A DNA stretch of 64,000 nucleotides from an uncultured Chitinophagales bacterium (GTDB lineage: Bacteria; Bacteroidota; Ignavibacteria; UBA10030; UBA6906): the NCBI GenBank assembly GCA_964495695.1, contig CAZBWR010000007.1:6149-70148 (forward strand), written 5' to 3'. A model generated the notes under the pieces. That model was given only the letters and a program-made list of their open reading frames with translations. It was not told where the DNA came from and did not search any database. Shown here one piece after another: positions 16,663-26,834 of this stretch (its first letter is position 1; every line of letters begins with the position of its first letter). A program made the translations under genes and the position numbers.

Positions 16663-17325
16663 TTGAAACTCGGACACTTTTTGGTTAGGTTTCCGATGTC
16701 CGAGGGAAACTCCCGCGGAGAACCTGAGGCACGCGGAATGTACACTCCTGACGAGAAACGTGAGATGCTGGAGTTGGCCCGTGAGGCTATCTGGTGTGCC
16801 CTGCGCAAAGAGCCTTTTGCTCCGGTCCCATCCCATGCACGACTAATGCAGCCGGCTGCGGCGTTCGTAACGCTGCGCGTCGATAATCAACTGCGGGGCT
16901 GCATCGGATACATCGAATCCGTGAAACCCCTTGCTGTAACAGTTGCAGAGGTTGCTGTGAAAGCCGCGTGTGAAGATGCGCGGTTCCCACCGCTCCAACT
17001 GAATGAACTCGGGCAGCTATCGGTTGAAATCTCCGTTCTCTCGCCCTTGACGCAGATCCGCACAGTGGATGAAATTAAGGTGGGCACACACGGGGTGACT
17101 GTGGCGTACAGCAATCGCAGGGCGCTACTCCTTCCGCAGGTTGCGGATGAATTCGGGTTTGATGCCCCATCGCTTGTCGAGGCCGCAATCAGAAAGGCCG
17201 GAATTCCGCCGGAAGCAGCGGGCTCGTCCGATTTCGATATGTTCACATTTGAGGCCGAGGTGTTCAGCGATTCCGGGCACACAGTCGCGTCTGCTCACCA
17301 AACCAGTTCCGGAGGTTCAGGGTGA
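16663..17325 (+). CDS. amrA: AmmeMemoRadiSam system protein A (AMMECR1 domain)
   Basis: AAFVTLRVDNQLRGCIGYIES and the DPRFPPL-like ARFPPL motif are present. The true start may be ATG 16696 or 16738 (MYTPDEKREMLELAREAI). Confidence 0.8.
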   Translation: MKLGHFLVRFPMSEGNSRGEPEARGMYTPDEKREMLELAREAIWCALRKEPFAPVPSHARLMQPAAAFVTLRVDNQLRGCIGYIESVKPLAVTVAEVAVKAACEDARFPPLQLNELGQLSVEISVLSPLTQIRTVDEIKVGTHGVTVAYSNRRALLLPQVADEFGFDAPSLVEAAIRKAGIPPEAAGSSDFDMFTFEAEVFSDSGHTVASAHQTSSGGSG

Positions 17326-18140
17326 CAATGATTCGTCGCGCGGCAGTTGCCGGAACGTTCTACCCCGAAGATCCCGAAGAGCTACGGGGCATCATCGGGG
17401 CATTTCTTGATGAGGTACGGGACAGGCGCTTACCCGCGAAAATAAGAGGGATCGTTGTTCCCCATGCGGGATATGTCTATTCCGGACTGACGGCTGCCCA
17501 CGCATTTGCCGCGTTAAAACAGAGTGCGTATCCAACGATTGTGATTGTTGCGCCAAGTCATTGGGACTTGTTCTATGGTGTATCTGTTTATCCGGGCGAC
17601 GCATATGAAACACCTCTCGGACCGGTCGGTGTGGATGAAGAATTGCGAAGCGAGCTTCTTGCGGAGTGTGACGCTGCCGTTGCCTCGGATGCGGGGCACA
17701 GGTCGGAACATGCCGTAGAAGTGCAGCTTCCGTTCCTTCAGCATGTTGTGAGAAATTTCAAATTGCTGCCCCTCGTAATCGGCGAGCAAACCAGGGAGGT
17801 GTGTTTCGCATTGGCAGATGCCCTGGCAACAATTCTTGAAGGAAGGGATGTATTACTGGTCGCCAGCACAGATCTGTCGCACTATCATCCAGTTCACGTT
17901 GCCACAGAGAAGGATAGCCATTTTCGCCGGTGCATTGGTTTGTTTGATCCGGACCGTCTGATGGCAGAAATGGAACGCGGTGTGACTGAGGCATGCGGGG
18001 GTGGCCCCGCCGCTGCAGTAATGGCAGCTCTACGCAAGTTGGGAGCGCAGGAGATGCACGAATTGCACTATGCAAACTCCGGGGATGTTTCGGGGGATTA
18101 CGAGAGGGTCGTCGGCTATCTTTCTGCAGCGGCGACGTGA
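17322..18140 (+). CDS. amrB: AmmeMemoRadiSam system protein B (MEMO1 family)
   Basis: AVAGTFYPEDPEEL, VVPHAGYVYSG, EHAVEVQLPFLQ and STDLSHY are present. It overlaps amrA, and an ATG at 17328 is an alternative start. Confidence 0.85.
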   Translation: MTMIRRAAVAGTFYPEDPEELRGIIGAFLDEVRDRRLPAKIRGIVVPHAGYVYSGLTAAHAFAALKQSAYPTIVIVAPSHWDLFYGVSVYPGDAYETPLGPVGVDEELRSELLAECDAAVASDAGHRSEHAVEVQLPFLQHVVRNFKLLPLVIGEQTREVCFALADALATILEGRDVLLVASTDLSHYHPVHVATEKDSHFRRCIGLFDPDRLMAEMERGVTEACGGGPAAAVMAALRKLGAQEMHELHYANSGDVSGDYERVVGYLSAAAT

Positions 18141-18179
18141 CAAGTCACTGGTCTCATTCGTCATGAAAGGCTTCGGCTC

Positions 18180-19070
18180 GTGAATATTGCCATTGTGGGC
18201 GCCGGAAAGGTTGGAACGGTTCTCGGAAGAATCCTGGTGGAACAGGGAGAGTCTGTTGTTTGTGTCGTTTCACGAACCGCAAAGTCCGCCAACAAAGCGG
18301 GCAAGTTTCTGAAGTGCAAGAATGTCTCTACGTCACTTGCCTCAATTCCACCGAGGACGGATCTGGTCTATATCACAACACCGCATGGCGCCGTGGAGGA
18401 TGTGGCATACAAACTTGCGGCGGTCGCACATCTGCGCTTCAAAAAATTGAGCGTATGTCATGCATCCGGAATGCTCACTGCTGAAGCGCTACGGCCGCTG
18501 GCAGAGAAGGGTGCAACCGTGTTTTCGTTCCATCCGTTGCAGACGTTCCCCCGCGATTTTGACGTGAAGGAGATTGTCCCGACTGCACGAAAGATCTACT
18601 ACGGTGTTGACGGAACTGCTGCCGCGATCAAGAAGGCAAAGCAGTTTGCGCGCAAGCTGGAGGGTTACACGGTCGAGATTAAACCCGAAATGCGGGCATT
18701 TTATCATGCGGCATGTGTCGTTGCGTCGAACCATCTCACCACTGTGCTTTGGGTGCTCGAGCAAATGCATAAGGGTCTTGGGACGAAAGAGAAGGACTTT
18801 TTCGCCGTGTTCAAGCCGATCATCACCGCGACGCTACGCAACATCGAGCGGACTTCCCCCGCAAAGGCGTTGAGCGGCCCGATTGCGCGGGGAGGCATTG
18901 AAACCGTATCCGAACACTTCGAAGCTATTCAACGCTTCGCTCCGAATCTGGTTCCCTGTTTTGGTTCTATTTCCGCCGAGACCACACGCCTCGCAGAAGC
19001 CAAAGGCTCAATAGACCGGGAACAAGCGAGGGCGTTGTACAATCTGATCTTCTCGAACATGAGAATGTAA
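18180..19070 (+). CDS. Rossmann-fold NAD(P)-binding protein with DUF2520-like C-terminus
   Basis: 296 aa with a GTG start and an N-terminal IAIVGAGKVGTVLG dinucleotide fold. The ProC/F420-oxidoreductase-like layout includes the HAACVVASNHL segment. Confidence 0.55.
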   Translation: MNIAIVGAGKVGTVLGRILVEQGESVVCVVSRTAKSANKAGKFLKCKNVSTSLASIPPRTDLVYITTPHGAVEDVAYKLAAVAHLRFKKLSVCHASGMLTAEALRPLAEKGATVFSFHPLQTFPRDFDVKEIVPTARKIYYGVDGTAAAIKKAKQFARKLEGYTVEIKPEMRAFYHAACVVASNHLTTVLWVLEQMHKGLGTKEKDFFAVFKPIITATLRNIERTSPAKALSGPIARGGIETVSEHFEAIQRFAPNLVPCFGSISAETTRLAEAKGSIDREQARALYNLIFSNMRM

Positions 19071-19092
19071 CTGATAGAAAGAGGAAAAACTC

Positions 19093-20157
19093 TTGAAAGC
19101 TCTCATCGCCAGCGGGGGCCGCGGAACACGTCTGCGGCCTCTTACGCATACGCAGAATAAACATCTCATCCCGATTGCCAACAAACCGATCCTGTACTAT
19201 TCGATCGAAGCGGCAGCGGACGCAGGCATAAAAGAAATTGGCATTGTCCATAACGCTGACAGCCGTGAAGTGCCCGATTATGTTGGTGATGGATCAAAGT
19301 GGGGGGTCCGGATTACATATATCCCTCAGGATGTGCCGGGCGGCCTCGCGCAAGTAGTGATGCTCGCCGAAAAATTTATTGGAGGTGATTCCTTTATCTT
19401 CTATCTCGGCGACAATATGGTAGTAGGCGGCATCAAGCGTTTCGTGGAAGAATTCCGCAAGAGCAACGCCAACTGCTTTCTTACACTATCAAAAGTCAAG
19501 GATCCCGAACGGTTTGGCGTTCCTGAGATCAAAGACGGTAAGATCGTAAGCGTCGAGGAAAAACCCAAGCAGCCCAAAAGCAGCTATGCAGTTGCAGGGA
19601 TTTATTTGTACGACAGCCATATCTTTGAGGCGGTAAAGAGTTTGAAGCCAAGTGCGCGGGGTGAGCTGGAGATTTCGGATGCCCATCAATACCTTATCGA
19701 CAAGGGTTATACTGTAGGGTTCACCGAGATCACCGGTTGGTGGAAAGATACAGGCAAGCCCTCCGACCTGCTGGAAGCAAACCGGCTGATTCTGGATGCC
19801 ATCACTACCTGCAGTGGAGGCGATATCGACAAGACATCCGATGTCGCCGGGCGTGTCATTATCGAACCGGGAGCGCGAATAGTCGGCAGCAAAGTCCGCG
19901 GCCCCGTAATTATCGGTAAGAATTGTGTTATCGAAAATTCCTACGTAGGTCCGTACACGTCTATCGGCGACCGGACGGAAGTGCGCAACAGTGAAGTGGA
20001 GTACAGCATCGTTCTGCGTGACTGCAAAATTCTCAACGTAGGACTGAGGCTCGAAGGGAGTATATTGGGGAATGATGTTGAGATCGTTGAAGCCACGGGC
20101 AAGCCGCGTGTCCATCGTTTCATGATCGGAGATCAAAGCCGTGTGGAAGTGGCGTAA
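19093..20157 (+). CDS. sugar-1-phosphate nucleotidyltransferase (long-form glucose-1-phosphate thymidylyltransferase-like) with C-terminal left-handed beta-helix
   Basis: The protein starts MKALIASGGRGTRLRPLTHTQNKHLIPIANKPIL. C-terminal hexapeptide-like repeats are present (IIEPGARIVGSKVRGPVIIGKNCVIENS). Confidence 0.8.
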   Translation: MKALIASGGRGTRLRPLTHTQNKHLIPIANKPILYYSIEAAADAGIKEIGIVHNADSREVPDYVGDGSKWGVRITYIPQDVPGGLAQVVMLAEKFIGGDSFIFYLGDNMVVGGIKRFVEEFRKSNANCFLTLSKVKDPERFGVPEIKDGKIVSVEEKPKQPKSSYAVAGIYLYDSHIFEAVKSLKPSARGELEISDAHQYLIDKGYTVGFTEITGWWKDTGKPSDLLEANRLILDAITTCSGGDIDKTSDVAGRVIIEPGARIVGSKVRGPVIIGKNCVIENSYVGPYTSIGDRTEVRNSEVEYSIVLRDCKILNVGLRLEGSILGNDVEIVEATGKPRVHRFMIGDQSRVEVA

Positions 20158-20199
20158 ATCAGAGGTAGAAATCAGAATTGAACACCATAAGGTTGATCA

Positions 20200-20982
20200 A
20201 TGAAGTTTGAGAATCTCATCTACGAAGTGAATGGACGGATTGGAACTGTCGTTGTCAATCGTCCGGACAAATTGAATGCGCTGAATGCTCAGGCAAAGCA
20301 GGAGCTCCGGCAGCTCTTCGGCAGCATTAAGACGGATAGTGAAGTCGATGTAGTGATCGTTACGGGCTCAGGGCAGAAGGCTTTCGTTGCGGGTACAGAC
20401 ATAAAGGAGTTGACGGAACTCAACGGTGACTCTGGCAAGGAATTCTCTGCGAAAGGACAAGAAGTCTTCGATCTGATCGAAAACCTCGGCAAGCCTGTCA
20501 TCGCCGCTGTCAATGGTTATGCTTTGGGTGGTGGTTGCGAATTGGCTTTGGCCTGCCATATCAGGATTGCCTCCGAGAACGCCAAGTTCGGACAGCCAGA
20601 GGTCAACCTGGGCGTCATACCCGGATACGGCGGAACACAAAGGCTTGCACGTCTCGTTGGACGCGGGCGGGCAATGGAGCTTATTCTCACGGGCGTGCAG
20701 ATCGATGCCCACGAGGCCTATCGCATTGGACTTGTAAACAAAGTCGTACCGCTTCCGGATTTGCTGCAGACTGCCATTAATATGGCGGGTGTCATTGCCT
20801 CTAAAAGTCAATTCGCGATCCGGATGGCTCTGAAGGGCGTCAATATCACCGAAGAAGTTTCGATTACCGAAGGGCAGCGGCTCGAAGCGTCGTTATTCGG
20901 CCTCTGCTGTGACAGCGAGGACATGAAAGAGGGAACGAAGGCATTTCTGGATAAACGCCCGCCGGTGTTCAGAGGAAAGTGA
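20200..20982 (+). CDS. enoyl-CoA hydratase/isomerase (crotonase) family protein
   Basis: 260 aa with VVIVTGSGQKAFVAGTDIKEL, AAVNGYALGGGCELALACHIRIAS and FGQPEVNLGVIPGYGGTQRL. Confidence 0.9.
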   Translation: MKFENLIYEVNGRIGTVVVNRPDKLNALNAQAKQELRQLFGSIKTDSEVDVVIVTGSGQKAFVAGTDIKELTELNGDSGKEFSAKGQEVFDLIENLGKPVIAAVNGYALGGGCELALACHIRIASENAKFGQPEVNLGVIPGYGGTQRLARLVGRGRAMELILTGVQIDAHEAYRIGLVNKVVPLPDLLQTAINMAGVIASKSQFAIRMALKGVNITEEVSITEGQRLEASLFGLCCDSEDMKEGTKAFLDKRPPVFRGK

Positions 20983-21389
20983 AGAAGCGGATCCTTCTCT
21001 ATCTGGTGTTGTTTGTTGCGGGACTGGCCTTGGGTCATCTCCTTCGTCCCGATCCCACAAGCATGAAGCCTGATGTCGATGTCCAGACGCAAATTGAAAC
21101 GGCGTTGACAGCGGTCCTGGTTAAACATAATCTCGACAAGAATGTGAGCCGTCCGCGTCGCGTTGCAGCACGAGACGACGGATTCGTCCGTTCTTTCCGC
21201 CGCGTGACAATACCCGTGGGTTTCAGTACCCTCGAACTTAATCATGATCTGCGCAGGGCGCTTGAAGGTTCAGGGGTAACAGTTGTTGCCACGGAAAAAT
21301 CCGAAAATAAGTCTGTGACAATGCACATTAAGAGTGCTGGCGTCATCGTGCAGAGTGTTGTTTTTGTTGTTCGTGAAGAAAAGAAATAA
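20979..21389 (+). CDS. hypothetical membrane-anchored protein
   Basis: 136 aa with an N-terminal TM ILLYLVLFVAGLALGHLL. It overlaps the crotonase gene by 4 nt. I recognise no motif. Confidence 0.5.
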   Translation: MKKRILLYLVLFVAGLALGHLLRPDPTSMKPDVDVQTQIETALTAVLVKHNLDKNVSRPRRVAARDDGFVRSFRRVTIPVGFSTLELNHDLRRALEGSGVTVVATEKSENKSVTMHIKSAGVIVQSVVFVVREEKK

Positions 21390-21460
21390 CCGTACAAGAA
21401 AGGAGTCGTGTTATCAGTACCGAGAAGAACGCTAAAGGTGGCGGCCAGGCCGGTGCCGGT

Positions 21461-22795
21461 TTGATGGATAAGATTGTTTCGCTTGCGAAGCGTCGCGGTT
21501 TCGTTTTTCAGTCCAGTGAAATCTACGGCGGCCTCAATGGCTGCTGGGACTACGGTCCGCTTGGCGTGGAGCTGCTCAAGAACGTGAAGGACGCTTGGTG
21601 GCAGGCGATGACATACCGTGAAGATATCGAAGGCATTGATGCCTCCATCTTGATGCATCCACGCGTGTGGGAAGCGTCGGGGCACGTGGCAAATTTTACC
21701 GACCCGATGGTGGACTGCAAAGAGTGCAAAGCGCGCTTCCGGGCTGATCAGATTGAAGACGCAGCATGCGGCAGTCCGGCATACAAAGGACGGAAGGCGG
21801 CGAAGTGTCAGGGTGAGGGGAAGTTCACCGAGGCACGGCAGTTCAATCTTATGTTCAAAACGTTCGTCGGGCCGGTCGAAGATTCGGGCGCAGTTGTCTA
21901 TCTCCGGCCTGAAACGGCGCAAGGCATTTTCGTCAACTTTCTGAGCGTTGCGAGCGCGTCCCGTCAACGCCCGCCGTTTGGCATTGCACAAATTGGAAAA
22001 GCGTTCAGAAATGAAATCAACACAAAGAACTTCCTTTTCAGAACGAGAGAGTTTGAACAGATGGAAATGCAGTTCTTCGTCAAACCCGGGACGGACGAAG
22101 AGTGGTTCGAGAAGTGGCGCGCTGAACGAATGGACTGGTTCGTCAGACTTGGTATGACGAAAGAAAAGCTGCAATGGCACCGCCACGAACCCGATAAACT
22201 CGCCCATTACGCAAAAGATGCATACGACATTGAATATGAGTTCCCGTTCGGCTGGGGTGAGATTGAAGGAATACACAACCGATCGGATTTCGATCTCTCG
22301 CAGCATGAGAAGTACTCGGGAAAATCCATGCAGTACTTTGATCAGGAGACCAAGGAAAAATTCACACCTTTCATCATCGAAACCTCGGCGGGTGCCAGCC
22401 GTTCCTTCATGGCTTTTTTGATTGATGCGTACAAAGAAGAAGAGGCTCCCACGGCAGACGGAAAGACGGAACTCCGCACCGTTCTTCGATTTCATCCGCG
22501 GCTGGCGCCAGTGAAGGCTGCGATCTTCCCCCTTGTAAATCGGGATGGGATGCCGGAGATTGCCCGAAAGCTTGAGAACACACTTCGTCCACACTTACGC
22601 GTGTTTTATGACGATAGTGGCGCAGTAGGACGCCGTTACCGCCGGCAGGATGAGGTGGGGACGCCGTTCTGCATAACTATTGACTCCCAGACGATTCAGG
22701 ATCAGAGTGTTACAATACGTGATCGTGATTCGATGCAGCAGGAGCGGATTACTCTGGATAATGTGTTGCGGTATTTGCGCGAGCGCATAGTCTGA
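21461..22795 (+). CDS. glyQS: glycine--tRNA ligase (dimeric class II GlyQS type)
   Basis: 444 aa with a TTG start. IVSLAKRRGFVFQSSEIYGGLNGCWDYGPLGVELLKN, YLRPETAQGIFVNF and the FRNEI motif 2/3 context are present. Confidence 0.95.
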   Translation: MMDKIVSLAKRRGFVFQSSEIYGGLNGCWDYGPLGVELLKNVKDAWWQAMTYREDIEGIDASILMHPRVWEASGHVANFTDPMVDCKECKARFRADQIEDAACGSPAYKGRKAAKCQGEGKFTEARQFNLMFKTFVGPVEDSGAVVYLRPETAQGIFVNFLSVASASRQRPPFGIAQIGKAFRNEINTKNFLFRTREFEQMEMQFFVKPGTDEEWFEKWRAERMDWFVRLGMTKEKLQWHRHEPDKLAHYAKDAYDIEYEFPFGWGEIEGIHNRSDFDLSQHEKYSGKSMQYFDQETKEKFTPFIIETSAGASRSFMAFLIDAYKEEEAPTADGKTELRTVLRFHPRLAPVKAAIFPLVNRDGMPEIARKLENTLRPHLRVFYDDSGAVGRRYRRQDEVGTPFCITIDSQTIQDQSVTIRDRDSMQQERITLDNVLRYLRERIV

Positions 22796-22900
22796 GTTTG
22801 GAAGCCGCATGCGAAATTCATATATTTTTCCCCACCAAGGGGAAGGGATGCGGTCAGGTAAATTGCTCCCTTCGAAAGGCGCGCCTTATATTTACAACGA

Positions 22901-23881
22901 ATGCTGGAGGACTTTTTGTTAATGGGGAGATTCTCAGTTCTTTTTTCGATGTTGTTGTTACTGTTCTCTGGATTTCTGACGGGCTGCAACAAGGAAGAGA
23001 ATTCAATCATCTATACGCAACGGCCCCTGGCTCCGCCGACCAACCTCAGAGCTTACTCAAGAGATGGAACATCGGTGGGGTTGATGTGGGCAGTGTCAGC
23101 AGACACCGGCAAGCTGAATGACTTCGTGCAAACCCGAATCCGCACCATCACCCCTGAGGGAGTTTTACTTTCGACCGCCACCGTTGGTCCGCTCGTAAGT
23201 GAAGCGACGGTCGGGAGCCTTGATGAAGGAAAAGTCTATACGTTCGAATTTACGTCGATTGCCCGCATCGGCTCGCAGGATTACAAGGATTCGGACCCGG
23301 TAACAATACAATGGGCGGCCGCTCGGCGTTACACTACAGAGGGAACAGCCCCCATTGAGATTTACGAAATCAGGTCCTCAACTGGAAACAGCGGTCTTCA
23401 GTTTTTTGATCGGGTGACGGGAGGGCCGAAGACACGCCCGATTTCGGTGTCTGGCGGAGCCCAGCAGTTGATTGACGTGCTCGTCGATACAAGCATTTCC
23501 GGCGACTTGGTTTTGGAGAGTGCTCACCGAAATCCGTTGCTGGCCTCAGGAGCCCAAGGCCGTCGCACAAGGTTTTCCACAACGATTCTCGAAGCCAACT
23601 CGCTGAACTTCGGATCGTCCTCACCTCCGGCTGAGAATACATTCATCCGTGAGTTTGTCACAGTCGGCCCGGAGAACATCAATAATGGCAGGCTATTGTA
23701 CGCCATAACAAGTGACTCAAATTATGTCCGTATTCTGCTCCAGCGTGATGAAGCATCCGGAACGTTGCTCTTCGGCTCTTTGCCGAACCGGAGAATCAGA
23801 GTCCAGCTGTCGTATCAGATTACACCGAAGGTGATTTACTCCCGCCCGATAGGGCAGGGGGCGGATCAGAACGTAGAGTGA
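22901..23881 (+). CDS. hypothetical lipoprotein with an FN3-like N-terminal module
   Basis: The lipobox is LFSGFLTGC, and the likely true start is MGRFSV at 22922. PPTNLRAYSRDGTSVGLMWAVS resembles a fibronectin-III strand pattern. Confidence 0.55.
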   Translation: MLEDFLLMGRFSVLFSMLLLLFSGFLTGCNKEENSIIYTQRPLAPPTNLRAYSRDGTSVGLMWAVSADTGKLNDFVQTRIRTITPEGVLLSTATVGPLVSEATVGSLDEGKVYTFEFTSIARIGSQDYKDSDPVTIQWAAARRYTTEGTAPIEIYEIRSSTGNSGLQFFDRVTGGPKTRPISVSGGAQQLIDVLVDTSISGDLVLESAHRNPLLASGAQGRRTRFSTTILEANSLNFGSSSPPAENTFIREFVTVGPENINNGRLLYAITSDSNYVRILLQRDEASGTLLFGSLPNRRIRVQLSYQITPKVIYSRPIGQGADQNVE

Positions 23882-23952
23882 GTTTGTTCGCTCTTCGTCA
23901 AGCACCAATGAGCGTGATTTTTTCGCACGTACAATCCGAACATAATGACAAG

Positions 23953-23979
23953 GGTGGGCCGGACAGCTCACCTTTTTTT
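23953..23979 (+). terminator. Rho-independent terminator
   Basis: GGTGGGC-cggaca-GCTCACC (one G-U pair) is followed by TTTTTTT, 70 nt after the lipoprotein stop. Confidence 0.65.
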
Positions 23980-23984
23980 ATCCG

Positions 23985-24908
23985 ATGGAACTGAAAACCC
24001 TTTTCAAGAATGACTTTGATGAGTTGCGCGCCGGCTGGCTCCTTCTCATCTACCTGGTGCTGTTTGGAGCAGTAGGCGCCGGGCTATCGTTCGGTGCAAT
24101 GTCGCTTCTTGGCACTCCGGACCAGTTTACCGCTGCGGGCATTGCGCTTATTTCGGCAGTTGCAGCATCGTTTATTGTTTTGAAGCTCCTGCACCGAAAA
24201 TCACTTGCGGCGATAGGGCTTGCTCTGAATGCACGGGGGATGCGCGACCTTGGCATCGGTACGCTTGCCGGCATCCTCATGATGACGGTCATTTTTGGTA
24301 TCCAATACCTTCGTGGATATGTTACTGTCTCAGCAACGGAGCATTCCCTCGCCAGTGGTGTACAGGTATTCCTGATGTCAATGGCGTTCTTTGGTGTTGC
24401 AGCCCTTTTTGAGGAAGTACTTTTCCGCGGGTATCCGTTTCAGACCCTTATCAGAGGGATAGGTTTCATTCCCTCCACGGTTCTCGTCGCTCTTGTATTT
24501 GGTGCGGCTCATCTTGCAAATCCGAACGCAAACGCCTTCGGATTTATCAACACGGCGATTGTATCAGTCTTATTCTGTGTGGCATACTGGCGCACGCGCA
24601 ACCTGTGGCTTCCGTTCGGGATTCATTTCGGATGGAACTTCGCGCAAACAACTCTCTACGGATTCCCCACGAGCGGAGCCCACTTCACAAGATTTGAATT
24701 GACACAATTGAAGCAGTTCGGCCCCGAGTGGGTAACCGGCGGGTCATACGGGCCCGAAGCGGGAATTCTTGCGACATTCGTTATTATTGCGTGTGGAGTG
24801 TATGTTTATTTTGCCCCACATCTGCGGCCGCAAGCCGCCGCACAGACCCTTGAACGTGAGGGGGAAACGATCAAATACCCTCTCCCGGAAAGGAAGCTGG
24901 CGGCATGA
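23985..24908 (+). CDS. CPBP family intramembrane glutamic endopeptidase (CAAX protease-like)
   Basis: The protein is polytopic and carries the motifs EEVLFRGYPFQ, FGAAHL and HFGWNF. Confidence 0.8.
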   Translation: MELKTLFKNDFDELRAGWLLLIYLVLFGAVGAGLSFGAMSLLGTPDQFTAAGIALISAVAASFIVLKLLHRKSLAAIGLALNARGMRDLGIGTLAGILMMTVIFGIQYLRGYVTVSATEHSLASGVQVFLMSMAFFGVAALFEEVLFRGYPFQTLIRGIGFIPSTVLVALVFGAAHLANPNANAFGFINTAIVSVLFCVAYWRTRNLWLPFGIHFGWNFAQTTLYGFPTSGAHFTRFELTQLKQFGPEWVTGGSYGPEAGILATFVIIACGVYVYFAPHLRPQAAAQTLEREGETIKYPLPERKLAA

Positions 24909-26056
24909 TCCGTATGGTGGCGTTGATGTTGATCCTTGTATATGTCTCTCCGGGAAATGCTCAAGCCCTTCCTTCCGATTTCGACGACAGGACGAGGAAA
25001 GGGATTGATCACGTATACAATCTGGAGTTTGAAGAGGCTGAAAAGCAATTCCGGGAGTTGATACAAGCCGCCCCCAAACATCCGGCAGGACACTTCTTTC
25101 TTGCAATGGTAACCTGGTGGCGCATTTTGATCGACATCGATGATGAGAGATATGATGATCAGTTTTACGATGCACTTGATAATGTTGTGGATCTTTGCGA
25201 TGACATGCTCAGCCGGAACAAGAACGATGTAACGGCATTGTTCTTCAAAGGTGGCGCCATCGGTTTTCGCGGCAGGCTCAAAGCCCATCGTAGTTCGTGG
25301 TTCGACGCGGCAAACGCCGGCCGCAAGGCGCTTCCGATTGTACAAGATGCCTCGTCGCTCGACCCCGGCAATGCTGATATTCTCCTCGGTACGGGCATCT
25401 ATAATTACTACGCAGAAGTGATTCCCAATGAGTACCCATTTGTGAAGCCACTCTTGCTCTTCGTCCCACGGGGGGATAAAGCAAAAGGAATCCAGCAGAT
25501 TAAAACTGCAGCGGAGAAAGGAAAGTACGCCTCGATCGAGTCCTCGTACTTCCTCATGCAAATCTACTACCAGTTCGAAAAAGACTACCCTGAAGCGCTC
25601 GCAATTGCCCTGAGGTTGAACGCACGTTTTCCCAACAACATGCTCTTCCACAAGTATCTCGGGAGATGTTATGTGGTGACGAACAATTGGGACATGGCGT
25701 CCAGTGTCTGGCAAACGATATCGGAAAGATGCAAAAGCGGACAACGAGGATACGGTACTTCAACCGAGCGGGAGGCAGAATACTATCTCGGTATGCATCA
25801 AATGCTGAATGGTGCTCAGGAGACAGCGGCGAAACACTTCCTCCGTTGCGATGAGTTGAGCCGTAAATTGGACAGAGAAGGTCCTTCAGGGTTCATGGTT
25901 ATGGCAAATTTGAAGCTGGGTAATGTGTATGATGGAATGGGAAAGCGTGATCTTGCCCTTGCGCAATACAACAAAGTCCTGAAGATGACTGACTACCGGG
26001 ATTCCCACAAGCAGGCGAAACAATACATCGCTTCACCTTTTCAAAAAGCCCCCTGA
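24905..26056 (+). CDS. tetratricopeptide-repeat protein, secreted
   Basis: The signal peptide is MVALMLILVYVSPGNAQA. TPR-like helices are present, for example GNVYDGMGKRDLALAQYNKVLKM. It overlaps the CPBP gene by 4 nt. Confidence 0.6.
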   Translation: MIRMVALMLILVYVSPGNAQALPSDFDDRTRKGIDHVYNLEFEEAEKQFRELIQAAPKHPAGHFFLAMVTWWRILIDIDDERYDDQFYDALDNVVDLCDDMLSRNKNDVTALFFKGGAIGFRGRLKAHRSSWFDAANAGRKALPIVQDASSLDPGNADILLGTGIYNYYAEVIPNEYPFVKPLLLFVPRGDKAKGIQQIKTAAEKGKYASIESSYFLMQIYYQFEKDYPEALAIALRLNARFPNNMLFHKYLGRCYVVTNNWDMASSVWQTISERCKSGQRGYGTSTEREAEYYLGMHQMLNGAQETAAKHFLRCDELSRKLDREGPSGFMVMANLKLGNVYDGMGKRDLALAQYNKVLKMTDYRDSHKQAKQYIASPFQKAP

Positions 26057-26071
26057 TAATACGGACAGACG

Positions 26072-26830
26072 ATGCAACTTACCATTATCATCTACGGGTT
26101 AATTGCGGCGTTGGCCGAGATACTCGGCGGTGCGTTGGTTGTTCTGCGGAAGCGCTGGCCGGCAAAAATTCAGGAGTATCTTCTCTCCCTGAGCGCGGGG
26201 TTCATCTTGGCGTTGGTGTTTCTTGAGCTCATTCCGGAGAGCATGCATGCAGTCGGTGCGCAAGCCCCTCTCTATATGCTGGCCGGTTACAGCGTAATCC
26301 ACTTTTTCGAGCACACGATTGTCGGGCATTTGCACTTCGGGGAAGAAACGCATCATGAGATTATGGTATCGAAGGCGGCGAGTTTCTCAACCTTCAGCGG
26401 GCTTTTCATTCATGCCTTCTTCGACGGTTTCGCAATTTCCGCAGGCATGCAGTTTGATTTCCAGTTAGGACTGCTGATCTTCTTCGCTGTGCTTCTGCAC
26501 AAGATCCCTGAGGGTCTTACAATTGCTTCCGTTATGCTTGCCGCCGAACATCGCCGGCGCACTGCATTTTTGGCTTCAGCTGCGATCGGTGTAGCGACGA
26601 TGCTCGGCATTCTGAGCGTTTTCCTCCTGGCGGGAATAGACGCTACGGTTATCGGGATTTCGTTCGCGTTTTCGGCAGGAGTGGCAACGTATGTCGGTGC
26701 AAGCGACCTAATTCCCGAGATCAACCACTCAAAGAACAGGGTCATTCCAGTATTGGTCTTTGCAGGGATGGCGCTTTTTTATCTCAGCAAGACAATGTTG
26801 AATGTTTCACCCGGGGGGCACATTCATTAA
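26072..26830 (+). CDS. ZIP family divalent-metal transporter
   Basis: 252 aa and polytopic. The HKIPEGL signature, a His-rich loop HLHFGEETHHE and the HAFFDGFAI motif are present. Confidence 0.85.
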   Translation: MQLTIIIYGLIAALAEILGGALVVLRKRWPAKIQEYLLSLSAGFILALVFLELIPESMHAVGAQAPLYMLAGYSVIHFFEHTIVGHLHFGEETHHEIMVSKAASFSTFSGLFIHAFFDGFAISAGMQFDFQLGLLIFFAVLLHKIPEGLTIASVMLAAEHRRRTAFLASAAIGVATMLGILSVFLLAGIDATVIGISFAFSAGVATYVGASDLIPEINHSKNRVIPVLVFAGMALFYLSKTMLNVSPGGHIH

Positions 26831-26834
26831 GCAA

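Noticed and set aside
21242-22594. 450-aa ORF on the minus strand
   Set aside because: It is fully antisense to the unambiguous glycine--tRNA ligase gene. It has an Arg/Cys/Leu/Phe-rich low-information composition with no motif. This is the typical shadow ORF of a GC-rich coding region.
24806-25744. 312-aa minus-strand ORF
   Set aside because: It is antisense to the CPBP/TPR genes, which have clear motifs and signal peptides. It has no recognisable features.
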